The notes: generated by a model not told the origin, from the letters alone. Shown: positions 46,195 to 62,910, counted from the stretch's first letter. The stretch is DNA of 64,000 nucleotides from Eledone cirrhosa (GCA_964016885.1 CAXHJY010001015.1:4156-68155), one strand, 5' to 3'. Numbers and translations: made by a program.

Positions 46195-46265
46195 ACAAAC
46201 ACACACGCACACACACACATTCATATGTGGAGAAATAGAATAGTAGAAAGGTGATTGCATGAATA

Positions 46266-46303
<38 letters not shown>

Positions 46304-46414
46304 ATGTGTATACGTATATAAGATGTGTGTGTGTGTGTGGTTAAATAGGTAGCGGTAGACGGACAGATAAAGAGAAAGACAGATTGATACGGATGTGTGT
46401 GTGTACACACACAC

Positions 46415-46467
<53 letters not shown>

Positions 46468-46469
46468 TA

Positions 46470-46504
<35 letters not shown>

Positions 46505-46713
46505 TTATATCTATACACACACATTTTAATAAATAATATGTAGCGTATCCAGTTACACATATACCTTGGTTCTCGCGATAACACACAAGAATTTAGATTC
46601 AACAATCGTCAGCCTATTTCATAGCGTAGTTTTTGAAGAAATAAAACAAAGATGGCTACCAAACTGGTGTTGTTTGACGTCACCATCTTTTCTTTCTGTT
46701 TCAATGAAAAGTG

Positions 46714-46850
46714 TTTTCTGATTTAGGCACAAGGCCAACAAACCCCTTACGTATGAACCTCGGCGGGTTTGAACTCCGAACGTAAGACGTCATAACCCTA
46801 TGCCGCAAAGCATATTATCCAACGCTCTACTGATACTATCAAATCACGGT
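46714..46850 (-). mobile_element. Internally deleted SINE
   Basis: ttttctgatttaggcacaaggcc...aacctcggcgggtttgaactc (reversed B box)...aacgctctac. Confidence 0.7.
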
Positions 46851-47382
46851 CCTTCAGTGAAAATTAATAGCAAAACTGTTATTTTCTTTCTTTCTACAAA
46901 ACTTCGTTTAGCTTTGTTTTGTTATATAAATGCTATTCTAAATTATCGAGGCTGGTTGTTAAAAGTCCCCAATATGTGAAAAGTAATCTCCCCTTTTCTT
47001 GAACTAGAGGGTAAGCCTTAACGAAACCCTTTCTTAGGGATGTTGTATTGTAGGTTAACAAGATACACGAATAGTTGTTTTGAGATCTAGGTCTGGGTCT
47101 CTGGTGAGACGTCAGCATGTTGGGATGACTGGTCGATAAGATAGCCGATGGAAAAGATGGTTAACCATTTAGCTAGTTGACGGAATGGCTAGCTAGCTAA
47201 GCTACAGAAGCGGAATGGATTGGTTGCATGGAGAAAAGAGTAGACAAAGGGATATATATAGGGAATGGATAAATAGATGGGTGTGTCTGAGGAGATGGCG
47301 GTATCGTCAGAATTGGTAAATATATCCGCTAGAAGATTATGTCCTGCGATAAAAACCCAGTTAAGCCAGGAACCATTTTGTC

Positions 47383-47416
<34 letters not shown>

Positions 47417-47425
47417 ATGTGTGTG

Positions 47426-47479
<54 letters not shown>

Positions 47480-47607
47480 TATATACGTATATATATGTAT
47501 ATATAAATTGTTTGGCAATAAAAAAAGTCAATATGATAGAAATGACATGTTAATATGTGCAAGAAGATTACACTGTTATGTTTGAGGAAGTGATCGGACA
47601 GTGTATT

Positions 47608-47670
<63 letters not shown>

Positions 47671-47798
47671 CACGTGTGTCGATGGAATGGTAATGGTGGT
47701 GGTGGTGGTAGGACACAATACGATAATTGTATCGGGATTATCTGACGGAGATAATAAAGAAAACAAATGTACATATATATGTATATATATATATATGT

Positions 47799-47832
<34 letters not shown>

Positions 47833-47837
47833 GTATA

Positions 47838-47910
<73 letters not shown>

Positions 47911-48012
47911 TATTTGTATGAGTATGTATGTATGTATATAAATATGGCTACATAGGAAGACAAGGAAGAACAATAACGAGAATAAATATTAATACAGACA
48001 TATATTTAACTG

Positions 48013-48112
<100 letters not shown>

Positions 48113-48119
48113 TGTATGA

Positions 48120-48245
48120 TTAAAATAAACGTAAACAGTAAAGCAAACAACTCAGTATAATGGCAAAATATATTAGCTTAACGCTTGATTTAGTACGAAA
48201 AGAGTCTTACGTTTCGGACATTAGTGCTTCATCTGAAGGTAGAAT
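48120..48245 (-). mobile_element. Penelope-LTR-like repeat fragment with degenerate hammerhead (family A, copy 3)
   Basis: Minus strand reads ccttCAGATGAagcactaatgtccGAAAcgtaagactcttttc...tcaagcgttaa. Core U4 is mutated. Confidence 0.55.
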
Positions 48246-48953
48246 AAGAAGTAAAAGACGAAATAGTATGATCAGAATGTGAAGAGGAAGAAAAGGAATA
48301 TGAATGTTTGAGAAAAATACCCGTTTGTATTCAGTCATTTTGAAGGGCCCTTTAGAACGTCGAATATAAGGTTTTATGATATTCATTCCTGCTCGAAAAT
48401 TACGACGTGGTAAAATTGGCCTTTCAGCCATTTGAAGTCGATAAACAAAGTACTGTAGTACTGTGCAGTGCTGTAGTTAAACCTTCGTTTATATGTAATT
48501 CTCACCTATTTTTCATTATTCCTTTTCCTTCATTGGAAGGAATTGACTGTGTTTAAACCGGAAGGGGAGAATGGGTCCTTCAGGTTTACAAAATGCCCCA
48601 AGAACACACCATTTGACACTACGGGGCCACTACGACTCAATCAAGAGTTACGGGTCAATACATATTTATCAACAGTGTATTACACTGTGTGTTTATTCAT
48701 CTCTCACTATGTGTATGTGTGTGTATGTGAGAGTACTGTTTTCTCTAAATACAGGCCTGAAGGTACAAATTAGCAGATATATTTCCAAATGTACTCATTT
48801 CCAGAACCAACACAAACAAAACATGTATAACATATACAGAAATCTACTTCAACGACATACGGTTTGTTCACCAACTTCAGACAATGAGTTGGGACGCTTG
48901 GGAGGTTGGCCTCCATTATGTTTTGGTTAGGGTGTCTTTCTTGTTTATATGTG

Positions 48954-49018
<65 letters not shown>

Positions 49019-49109
49019 GCGCACACACACACATATATATATATAGGTGTGTATACATAAATATATATCTGTATATACTTATATACATATATGTATGTAT
49101 GTATGTATG

Positions 49110-49172
<63 letters not shown>

Positions 49173-49310
49173 TTTTTTTTTTAAATTATATATATTCGTT
49201 TTTTTTCTATTTTATATATATATATATATATATAGTGCGTTAAGACTGTTTTGGTTTAGGGTGCAATGCTGTCATATCAAGCAACTGTGGTGAGATGTCT
49301 TGTATGTGTG

Positions 49311-49357
<47 letters not shown>

Positions 49358-49827
49358 TGATGTGGTGTGAGGTGAGTAGAAGGCTTTGGTAATTGCTTAA
49401 AACGAGTTTCGTTTTCGCCCTCGGCATAATAATAGACACTATAGTGTACTGTAGTGTATTTGTTATTGGCACGACTGGGGTACATAAGGGGTACATACGA
49501 GATTTATACGTACGAGGATACTTTAGTTTCTATTAGTAAACATAGAGACGGCACTAGCTACGAGCCAGAAGACAATGGATTTAGACACATATATATGCTT
49601 GGTGTGTGTGTATGTTATATATATGTATATATATGTACTCACAAGTAGATGTTCTCGTAAGGAGTGTATATATATATACGTACGTTGTTATTAGTAAATA
49701 TATAGAAGGCAGTAGCTAGGAGGAAGATGACAAAATATGTTTATTAGCATTATATATATATATTTATATATATATATAATATATATATATTTATATATAT
49801 ATATAATATATATATATTTATATATAT

Positions 49828-49914
<87 letters not shown>

Positions 49915-50037
49915 GTATGTAGAGTCGTAAAACAAACACATTCCCAATGATAATAAACATGTAAGGTAACAGTCACTATATCAATATACCCCACCTCCTC
50001 CTCTCTCTCTGTCTCTCTCTCTTTCTCTCACTTTCTC

Positions 50038-50090
<53 letters not shown>

Positions 50091-50226
50091 ACCACTCTTT
50101 CTCTCTCCCTACTCTCTTCTCTATATATATATATATATAATATTGAGCACCTTTGGCATACGCTACTTGGCAAATAACTATATGTATCACCTATCCCTCC
50201 TTTTTTTCTCTTTCTCGATACGTAAA

Positions 50227-50286
<60 letters not shown>

Positions 50287-50904
50287 ATGCATGTGTATGT
50301 TTATGTATATGTGTGTGTAGGTCTGTATGTATGTATGTTGTGTATGTATGTATGTACGTATGTATGTACGTATGTACGTATGTATGTACGTATGTATGTA
50401 CGTATGTATGTATGTATGTATGTATGTATGTATGAATGTATGTATGTACGTATGTATGTATGTACGTATGTATGTATGTATGTACGTATGTATGTACGTA
50501 TGTATGTAAGTATGCGTTTATGTATGTATATATGTGTGTATATACATGTACGGATGTATATGTGTGTGTGTGTGTATCTAGTTACGTAGACTGGAAAAGG
50601 CACCGGAAATGCTCCAAGATATTGTTATGTGTGAAAGTGAATGGAAAGGATTAGTAGGAGTCTGAGGAGGAGGAGGAAGTGGTGTTGAATTCTCCCCACC
50701 CTCCTCCCCTGCCAACCCCGACTTCTCCAGAGAAACAACACTTAAGGTTTCATTAACTGAACCTGACACCACATGGGGTCTCTCTCAATCTGATGTCGCT
50801 ACGAAGAGGAAAAGAACTCACACACTGGCTAACAACAACAACAACAACAACAACAACAATAATAATTGTTATAATAAGATAATGATAAAATAATAATAAT
50901 AATA

Positions 50905-51675
50905 ATTGTTTCTACTTTTGGCACAAGGCCAGCAAATAACCAGTGTATTACTGGTACTTTATTTTATCGACCCCGTAAGGATGAAAGGCAAAGTTAACCT
51001 CGGCGGGATTTGAACTCAGAATGGCCAAATAATAATAATAATAATAATTGTTTCTACTTTTGGCACAAGACCGGCAATTATTCCAGTGAATTACTGGTAC
51101 TTTATTTTATCGACCTCGTCAGGAGGAAAGGCAAAAGATGATTTCTACTATAGGCACAAGGCTAGTAATTTTGGGGGAGGGGAAAGTCCATTAAATCGAC
51201 TCCAGTGTATTACTGGTACTTTATTTTATCGACCTCGTAAGGATGAAAGACAAAGTTAACCTCGGCGGGATTTGAACTCAGATCATAAAGACCACGTAAG
51301 GATGAAAGGCAGAAGATGATTTCTACTACAGGCACAAGGCCAGCAATTATCCCAGTGTATTACTGGTACTTTATTTTATCGACCCCTTCAAGGATGAAAG
51401 GCAAAGTTAACCTCGGCGGAATTTGAACTCAGACGATAAAGTCTGAATAATAATAATGGTTTCTGATTTAGGAACAAGGCCAATCATTTTGGGGAGGGAA
51501 GAGGAAAGTCGAATAAATCAATGCCAGTGCGTTACTCGTTCTTTATTTTATCGACCCCGTTATGGATGAAAAGCAAAGCTAACCTTGGTGGGATTTGAAC
51601 TCAGAACGTAAAGTGCCGTAACTATGTACCGAAAAGCATGTCGTCTGACGCTCTACCTATACTGCCAATCCACTG
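50905..51675 (-). mobile_element. Tandem array of about 5 partial or complete SINE copies
   Basis: The block ttctac..ggcacaaggcc...ttactggtactttattttatcgacc..aaggatgaaaggcaaagttaacctcggcgggatttgaactcaga repeats. Only the last copy keeps the head. Confidence 0.9.
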
Positions 51676-51699
51676 ATTGTGATAATGATTTAATAAGGT

Positions 51700-51855
51700 A
51701 TGATTCTGTCTAATGATGATTTAAAGCTTTATGTGATAAATAAGAATCACTTGGAAAGTCTTGAACATGAAGTTCGCTTTTTCTCAAATGATATTGGAAT
51801 GGAATTCGGCCTCGAAAAGTACGCCATTTTGATAATAAAATGGAGGAAGATTTGA
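51700..51855 (+). mobile_element. Non-LTR (R4/Dong-like) reverse transcriptase fragment covering the catalytic DD region
   Basis: MILSNDDLKLYVINKNHLESLEHEVRFFSNDIGMEFGLEKYAILIIKWRKI* matches the YMDDLKLY...FSxDIGMEFGLxKCA pattern. Confidence 0.85.
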
Positions 51856-51879
51856 AAGAACGTTGTGGGGAAAGGGTAA

Positions 51880-52270
51880 GGTGGGAGTAAAAGGTAGAGG
51901 GGCGGACGCCATGCTTTGCAGCATAGTTACGTCCCTTTACGGTCTGATTTCAAATCCCGCCGAGGTTAACTTTCATCCTTTCGGGGTCGATAAAATAAAG
52001 TACCAGTAACTCACTGGGATAATTGCTGGCCTTGTACCAAAAGTAAAAACAATCGTTATTACTATTCATCATAGGGCGATGGAGCATCGGACACCATGCT
52101 TTGCAGCATAGAGTTACGTCCCTTTATAATCTGAGTTCAAATCCCGCAGAGGTTAACTTTGCCTTTCATCCTTTCGGGGTCGATAAAATAAAGTACCAGT
52201 AATGCACTGGGGTCAATTTAATCGACCCCTACCCCAAATTACAGGCCTTGTGCCTATATAAGAAACCATT
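51880..52270 (+). mobile_element. Two tandem SINE copies, opposite in orientation to the 50.9-51.7 kb array
   Basis: B box gagttcaaatccc near 52133, then gaggttaactttgcctttcatcctttcggggtcgataaaataaagtaccag...ggccttgtgcc. Confidence 0.9.
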
Positions 52271-52607
52271 ATTACTATTCATCATTATCATCATGATCAT
52301 CATTTTCTTCTTCTTCTTCTTCTTCTTCTTCTTCTTCTTCTTCTTCTTCTTCTTGATAAAAGACTAGAAGTAAAAAAAAAAGTGGAAAGGAGAAAGAAAG
52401 AAAAAAATAGAAAACAAAAGAAGACAGAAGAAAAAGAAGAAGTAGAAGAAGAAGCTTTAATGTCGAGAATGTGAAGAAGCTACTCGGCTAATCGATGAGT
52501 ATCGAATACCTTCAAGATAATCACAAACTGTAATCCCGTTATGACAGACAAAGCGGAAATAGAAAAAAAAAGAAAAACAAAAGAAAAAAAATCCGATCTA
52601 ACTACTG

Positions 52608-52638
<31 letters not shown>

Positions 52639-52696
52639 CATACATAAAATATATATTTACATATGTATATTTACATATATATATATATAAAATATA

Positions 52697-52745
<49 letters not shown>

Positions 52746-52850
52746 GTACATAATATATATATTTATATATAAGCATATATATATGTACATAATATATATA
52801 TTTATATATAAGCATATATATATGTACATAATATATATATTTATATATAA

Positions 52851-52892
<42 letters not shown>

Positions 52893-52942
52893 GTATGTTT
52901 ATCTGTATATATCTATATATACATACATCCTTACACACACAC

Positions 52943-53010
<68 letters not shown>

Positions 53011-53240
53011 CCTTATATACACCCAAGCCTACAGTCGGTTATCGGCCAGAGTTACTGATACGCTGCAATATTCTCAATCAATCTATAAAGATCGACCAGA
53101 GATGGTATTAAATAGATAAATAGGTAACGTACAATCCCACCACCCCCACATTGCCATCTACCCCCTCCCCATCTCTCTTACTATTTATCTCCTCTCTCTC
53201 TTTCTATCTATCTATATCTATCTATCTATGTATCTATCTG

Positions 53241-53308
<68 letters not shown>

Positions 53309-53513
53309 AACTCTTCGTACTCCTGGAGATGAGGGTTGCACATTTTTTTTCGGGGGTATGTGTTACCCATATAAACTGTCTCCCTCTATTGGGGAAAATC
53401 GACTAACTTTTTAAATTCCATCTGTGATAACATTTTACACGTTTTTATTGTATGTAAACTTCCCCCTTTGTATTTGTCCCCTTCTTTTGTGCCCCTGTGG
53501 CTAATAAAGAAAT
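53309..53513 (+). mobile_element. L1/Tx1-like LINE 3' UTR, copy 4, in (TATC)n
   Basis: agggttgcacatttttttcggggtatgtg...gcccctgtggctaataaagaaa, flanked by TATC repeats. Confidence 0.8.
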
Positions 53514-53791
53514 ATATCTATCTATCTGCCTATCTGTGTAATTGTCTGTCTGTCTGTCTGTCTCTTTATCATGCACCGTCTATCTCTCTTTACGTTCTCT
53601 CTTGTCGCTTAGCAACAGATTCGTGGAATCTGAGCTGAAAGAAATTGCCGATAATGTTTGGGAGGTGGTTAGGTGAAGGTAAGGTAGGGTGATGTGAAAG
53701 GGGTGGAAGGAGTGGTGGTGTATCAATAGCGAAATCCCAGATATCTATACACACGGAATGGACGATAAACACACGTATATATATATGCATA

Positions 53792-53831
<40 letters not shown>

Positions 53832-53903
53832 TGTAGATATATATATAATAAACATTTCTATATTCTATATATACATATATATATATGTATGTTTATATAT
53901 GTA

Positions 53904-53956
<53 letters not shown>

Positions 53957-54277
53957 AACATTTTTATATTCTATATATGTATGTTTATATATATATGTAT
54001 GTTTATATATATATATATGTTTGTTTATATATATATATCTATATATGTATGTTTATATATGTATGTTTATATATGTATGTATATATATATATGTATATAT
54101 ATATGTATATTTATGAATATATATATGTATATATATGTTTATATATATATGTATATATATATGTATGTATTGATGTTTATATATATGTATATATATATGT
54201 ATATATATGTTTATATATATATATGTATATATATATATGTATATATAGATGTTTATATATATATGTATATATATATG

Positions 54278-54308
<31 letters not shown>

Positions 54309-54499
54309 GTATGTATGTATATATATGTATATATATATATGTATGTATATATATGTATATATATATGTATATATATGTATATGTATGTATATATATGTAT
54401 ATATATGTATATGTATGTATATATATGTATATATATATATATATGTATATATAATATATATATATAGATGTTTATATATATATGTATGTATATATAACT

Positions 54500-54648
<149 letters not shown>

Positions 54649-54998
54649 CATATATATATATATATATAAACATTTGTATGTTATGATGAGAGGTTGAAAA
54701 CATTCTCAATAGATGATTCTATATCCATTATATCTTGTTGTTATTGTTCTTACTGTTGTTGTTGTTGTTGCTAAACGTCTTTTCCTTCCGATCAGTTAGT
54801 TGCTATAAGTATGTGATTGACTTTTTCCTTAATCGAAGGTTGCGAGGTTGTTTTATACTGTACGTAATCTAGAGCTGGCTGTGTCAGTCTATTTAACTAC
54901 TAACGTCGTATATATACTTAGCTAAACGTATCTGATATTTGTATATATATATATATATATATACGCACACACATATCTATCTACCTATATATATATAA

Positions 54999-55032
<34 letters not shown>

Positions 55033-55140
55033 ATGTATGAATATATATATATATGTATAAATATATATATAAATGTATAAATATATATATGTGTATATAT
55101 GTATATATGTGTATAAATACATATCTATGTATATATATAT

Positions 55141-55255
<115 letters not shown>

Positions 55256-55531
55256 TGTCTGTCTGTGTGCCACTGAGTGTATATGGATTTATATATAGTC
55301 GTTACATCCACTAACATATCTAGTTATAGATGATTTATACTTATATATATTTATGTATGCATCTGTGTATGTATGTATGTATATATGTATGTATATATGT
55401 ACATACACCTATATAGCGCTTTATGTAAATGTATTTACCTACTAATATTTGATGTATACTTAGCTAAATGTATATGTACATATAAATACACACATATATA
55501 AATACAATATATATACATACATAGATATACA

Positions 55532-55562
<31 letters not shown>

Positions 55563-55790
55563 TGATATATATTGATATATATATGTATGTGTTTATAAAT
55601 AAAGATATATATATACATAAAATATATATATATATGTTTATATATATATTGATATTTATATATATATATATATATATAAACCTGTACATTCATAAAACAA
55701 AAATACATCTAGGTAAAATATATATACATACCTAAAGAAAGAGATCAATGACATTTGTGTATAATGCTTATTAACTATTGATATAGTAAT

Positions 55791-55911
<121 letters not shown>

Positions 55912-56123
55912 ACTATATGTATATATATATATGTATATAACTATATGTATATATATGTATATGTATATATATGTTTATATTTATATGTAACTATATGTAT
56001 ATATATATATATATATAACTATATGTATATATGTATATATATATATGTATGTATATATATGTATATAACTATATGTATATATATATATGTATATACACAT
56101 ATATGTATATATATGTGTATATT

Positions 56124-56190
<67 letters not shown>

Positions 56191-56296
56191 GTATATGTAT
56201 ATATGTTTATATTTACATGCGTATACTTATCAATATAAAGGAACTAATATATTGGTAGATAGATATGTATATTTATATAAGTAATTATATCTATAT

Positions 56297-56370
<74 letters not shown>

Positions 56371-56700
56371 TTGATCTCTTAATGTCATAAATCTATTTGA
56401 TCATTTGATCAATCACTCAGCCATTTTTCACCGGATTGATACATATATCCACACACACACACACACACACACGCACAAACACACACACATTTATATACAC
56501 GCACATACATATATTTACATACAGCCACACATACACACATACATACATGTTTACATACCCACTCACATACATACATACATTCAGGCTTGCATACATAGAT
56601 ATATATATATATATACATACGTACAAACATACTTGTATACATACATACAAACCTTTACTCAAATTTATTTAGATCCGAATTTCCCCCCCCCCCATATATA

Positions 56701-56809
<109 letters not shown>

Positions 56810-56997
56810 GTATATTATAAGCATACTTACGCATATATAAATACAGAGAGAGAGAGACAAAACACACACGTGGTTGTGCAGTTGGTAGTGATAATAGTTG
56901 TGATGCCGATGGTATTGATGGAGAGGCGTTGCTGGGTACCTTCTTAAAGTCTTTGATATTATTGATACCAGTCATTGTTACGTGTTGTTCATAATAA

Positions 56998-57343
56998 TAT
57001 AGGCTCCAGTCCACAACTTTGGGCGAGGGGTATGTCGATGAAACGACACCAGTGCATTGCTGGTACTTTATTTTATCAACCCCCGTAAGGATGAAAGGCA
57101 AAGTTAACCTGGGCAGGATTTGAACTTAGAGTGCAAAGGGCCGTGACTCTATGCCGTGAAGCAGCGTGTCCGACGCTCTACCGATTCTGCCAATACACCA
57201 CCCTACTTTTTTAGGCACAAGTCCAACGATGTTTTGGGGAGGGGAATAGTCAATTAAATCGACCCAGTGCATTACTGGTACTTTATTCCATCGACGCCGC
57301 AAGGATGAATGGTAAAGGTAACCTCGATGGTATTCGAACTCAG
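56998..57343 (-). mobile_element. Two tandem SINE copies
   Basis: Same family as the 50.9-52.3 kb copies. Reversed B boxes ggatttgaact and tattcgaactc. Confidence 0.85.
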
Positions 57344-57775
57344 TTGATCATAGTAATACCTTTTGTTTTTAACTACAGTGCTTGTGATGATTCTAGCTAT
57401 GGTTATCAATACTTATGGCTCTATCTGTGATCATATTCAATGAGATGATGATGTGTTTGTATTTATAGTGATTGTATAGGTTTGTTGTTATGGTGACAAT
57501 CTATTTTTTAGAATGTGTGTTGGGGATTGGGGTTGGGGGAGGGGGGTCTATATATTTTGTGGTTGTTTGCTTTTGGTGTATTTTCTGGTTCCTATCCTTG
57601 ATGTTCTGTGATTCTTGTGAGTTGCAATGTCTCTGTTCTGAAGACTTTTTTTTTTTAGGAGAATATATACTTCTTCTGATGTGGAACAATTCTATTGCTA
57701 TATTGGTCAAACATAGATGCTGACTTATACATCAAAATACTCATCATCATCATCATCATCATCATCATATATATA

Positions 57776-57814
<39 letters not shown>

Positions 57815-57933
57815 TACATACCTGTATATATATATATAATACTATATATATATATATTTATATATATATATTATATGATGATGATGTATTATACATGTAT
57901 ACATACTTATATATATATATATATATACTTATG

Positions 57934-57975
<42 letters not shown>

Positions 57976-58218
57976 CATGCATGCGTGTATGTGTGGGTTA
58001 TGATGATATTTTAGCTCATCCGCATCATCGTCATCCCCAGCACCACCACATTCACCACCACCTCCACTATTATTATTATTATTGTTGTTGTTGTTGCTGT
58101 TGTGTTTTTTTGTTGTTGTTTTTAACATTATTGCTTTTGTTGTTGGTGTTGTTGTTATCGTCGCAGATTATTGCAAGGTTTTCTGACCAGGATCTTGCAA
58201 TAATCTGTGACGATAACA

Positions 58219-58307
58219 TAACTTTGCCTTTCATCCTTACGGGGTCGATCAAATAAAGTACCAGTAACATACTGGGTAATTGCTGGCCTTGTGCCAAAAG
58301 TAGAAAC

Positions 58308-58359
<52 letters not shown>

Positions 58360-58548
58360 GCGGTGGATTGGCAGTATCGGTAGAGGGTCGGACGCCATGC
58401 TTTGACTCATAGAGTTACGGCCCTTGCCATTCTAAGTTCAAATCCCGCCGAAGTTAACTTTGCCTTTCATCCTTACGGGGTCGATAAAATAAAGTACCAG
58501 TAATGTACTGGGTAATTTGCTGGCCTTGTGCCAAAAGTAGAAACAATT
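58219..58548 (+). mobile_element. 5'-truncated SINE (58219-58310) plus a SINE with complete head (58357-58548)
   Basis: A box TGGCAGTATCGG at 58369-80, B box GTTCAAATCC at 58436-45. Both copies share the tail ggccttgtgccaaaagtagaaacaat-(TA)n. Confidence 0.9.
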
Positions 58549-58609
58549 ATATATATATATATATATATATATGTCTCTCTCTCACTCTCCACCCTCTATG
58601 TCTTCATTT

Positions 58610-58694
58610 AATCATCATCAACAGCAGCAATACCATCAACATCATCATCATCATAATTACCATCACCAACACCACTACTATGGCAATCATCATC

Positions 58695-58726
<32 letters not shown>

Positions 58727-59630
58727 CATTATCATTATCATAATCACCATCACCATCAGTATCATAACCATCATCGTCATCATCGTCATCATCGTCAACA
58801 TCATCATCATCATCATCATCATCACCATCATCATCATCATTATCATTATCATTATCATAATCACCATCACCATCAGTATCATAACCATCATCGTCATCAT
58901 CGTCATCATCGTCAACATCATCATCATCATACTCATTAAATACATTACTATCATCCGTCCAAACCGTCCACCATCATCACAAACATCCCTGTCATTCTTC
59001 CAGCATTACCAGTCATCACTATCTTCACCACCACCACCACCACCTTTACCCACCATCACCACCACATCTACCACCACCAACATCACCACGACAAGCACCA
59101 CCACTGCTACATTCATTATCACTGCCACCACCTGTACCATCTCCACCATCAATCCCACCGTCATCACCACCACCACCACCACCACCGCCACCTATACGCC
59201 CCCCCCCCCACACTTCCATCCGTCACACCCACCTCCACATTATCCACCCCACACCAACACCTCCACACCGAAACCTCCTCAGCCCCACACCACCACCACC
59301 ACCACCTCAACCCCCACACACCGCCACCCCTACCTCCACCTCTACACCACCCACGCCACATCTACTTCTAACCCCAACCCCCACACCATCACACCCTCCA
59401 CCCCCCACAACTACCCCCCCCCCCCCCCCGCCACTTCCACCACCTCCAGCCCCACACCACCACCACCACCTCAACCCCACACACCGCCACCCCTACCTCC
59501 ACCTCTACACCACCATCTACTTCTAACCCCAACCCCCACACCACCACACCCTCCACCCCCCACAACTACACCCCCCCGCCACTTCCACCACCTCCAGCCC
59601 CACCACCACCACCTCCACCTCCACCACAGT
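58610..59630. repeat. (CAT)n then (CAC/CCC)-rich low-complexity tract with internal duplications
   Basis: A ~120-bp duplication in the CAT tract, and duplicated cctcaacccccacacaccgccacccctacctccacctctacaccacc near 59305 and 59469. Source of the 381-aa ORF. Confidence 0.9.
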
Positions 59631-59804
59631 AATCCCCTATCATGTTGATATCGACATAAAACACAAAGAAATCCGGTCGGAATTTATAAAGAAAATCAAA
59701 CAATAAACAAACAAACACAGTTGCCCCCCCCCCCCCTATCGTCTCTCCTTTCGTCGAAATAAAAAATGCTTCTGAGATAAACAGGGGATGATCTACACAC
59801 AAAT

Positions 59805-61244
<1,440 letters not shown>

Positions 61245-61510
61245 CCATACACATATGGTTATGCTCGTTGCAATCGCCATAAAAAAACACAAAGTATTTT
61301 TCTCGATCTCTTCTCACTTCACGTCTATGATTCGAACCCTCTATCTCACCCCACTGAACCATCAAGCTGTCCCACACACCACCGCACCAAACCACCACCA
61401 AGACACCACCTACCCCTTGGCCCTTTCTATGTCAATGCCAGCAAGTGGTATTCCCGAAGGAGGTTGGCGGTCCGAATACCTGAATAGGAAGAGTCGGGGG
61501 ATTCTTTTGC

Positions 61511-61554
<44 letters not shown>

Positions 61555-61711
61555 GTGTGTGTGTTAGTGTTTGTATCTGAGTGTGTGTGTTATATATACA
61601 TAAATATATATATATATATATATAATACATATATACACAATATATAATATATATGTAGTATATAAATATATGTATATATATATGTATATATATATGTATA
61701 TATATATGCAT

Positions 61712-61757
<46 letters not shown>

Positions 61758-61760
61758 ATG

Positions 61761-61809
<49 letters not shown>

Positions 61810-61812
61810 GTA

Positions 61813-61843
<31 letters not shown>

Positions 61844-62172
61844 GATATGATATGATAGGAAACTCAAAGATGTAATTACGAAGAAAGCCTAAACTCAATT
61901 TTCCTAATATGTTTTGCCAAGACACAAAAAAACCCCACAAACATACATACATATATACATACACACACAATGACATATATTTATATAAATGTATATATAT
62001 ATGTATATATATTTTAATATTTCCATTCAATCAAATAAGTTATTGTCGGTGTCATTGTTTTTTCTGCTTTTTTATCGCCCATCGCGACCCCACCTCTCTC
62101 TTTCAGACGACAACCGACGACCTCTGCCACCATCTCCACCACCGTTACTACCACCACCACCACCACCACTAC

Positions 62173-62218
<46 letters not shown>

Positions 62219-62304
62219 GGTGTGTTTTATGATATTAGCTTCAATATTCTTTCGTTATGAATATCCTATCAAATTTTCGTATATATAAATACGCACTTAT
62301 ATAT

Positions 62305-62353
<49 letters not shown>

Positions 62354-62399
62354 TTACATATATATACATATATACATACACACACACTTATATATGAGT

Positions 62400-62910
62400 G
62401 CTTAATATTCTGGTTCAAATGTCGCCAGAGTCATTTTCACCTTTTATTTCTGAGAGGATGTGTGGTGGGGTGTTGCAAATATATTCCGTACCAGTCATAT
62501 GATGGGGTGCTAGATATAATCGTCTATTCCCTCCCCATAAAATTTATTTTCTTGTGTGTCTGTGTTAGAAATGAATATTACATTATATAGAACTGTCCAG
62601 TTCGATAATGAATTGATAGATTCCTTAGAGTGACTTTCTAGTTCGATTCCCAGTAGAGACGACTTTGCTTTTCCTCCATACTTAATCGATAATATCAGTT
62701 ATCAATCAAGTATTGGAGCATTCTAATCAATTGTTCCCTCTATTCAATTCCCATTTTGTTTGATAGCGATTGGCAGAATGTTGGAGCACAGAACTAAGTG
62801 CCTTGTGCTAGGCATTTCGTTATGGCCGCTTACGTTCAGGATTTCCAATCCCATGAGGTCAACTATTATTTTTAGGCTTCCCAGGGTCAATAACATAAAG
62901 CTACAGTCAA
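62400..62910 (+). mobile_element. Several highly degraded SINE copies
   Basis: Remnants ggttcaaatgtcgccagagtca, gttcgattccc..gactttgcttttc and ttggcagaatg..gaggtcaact. Confidence 0.5.

Noticed and set aside
46985-47020. Possible micro-exon (pyrimidine tract, AG, then GTAAGC)
   Set aside because: An isolated splice-like motif with no supporting neighbouring exons; expected by chance.
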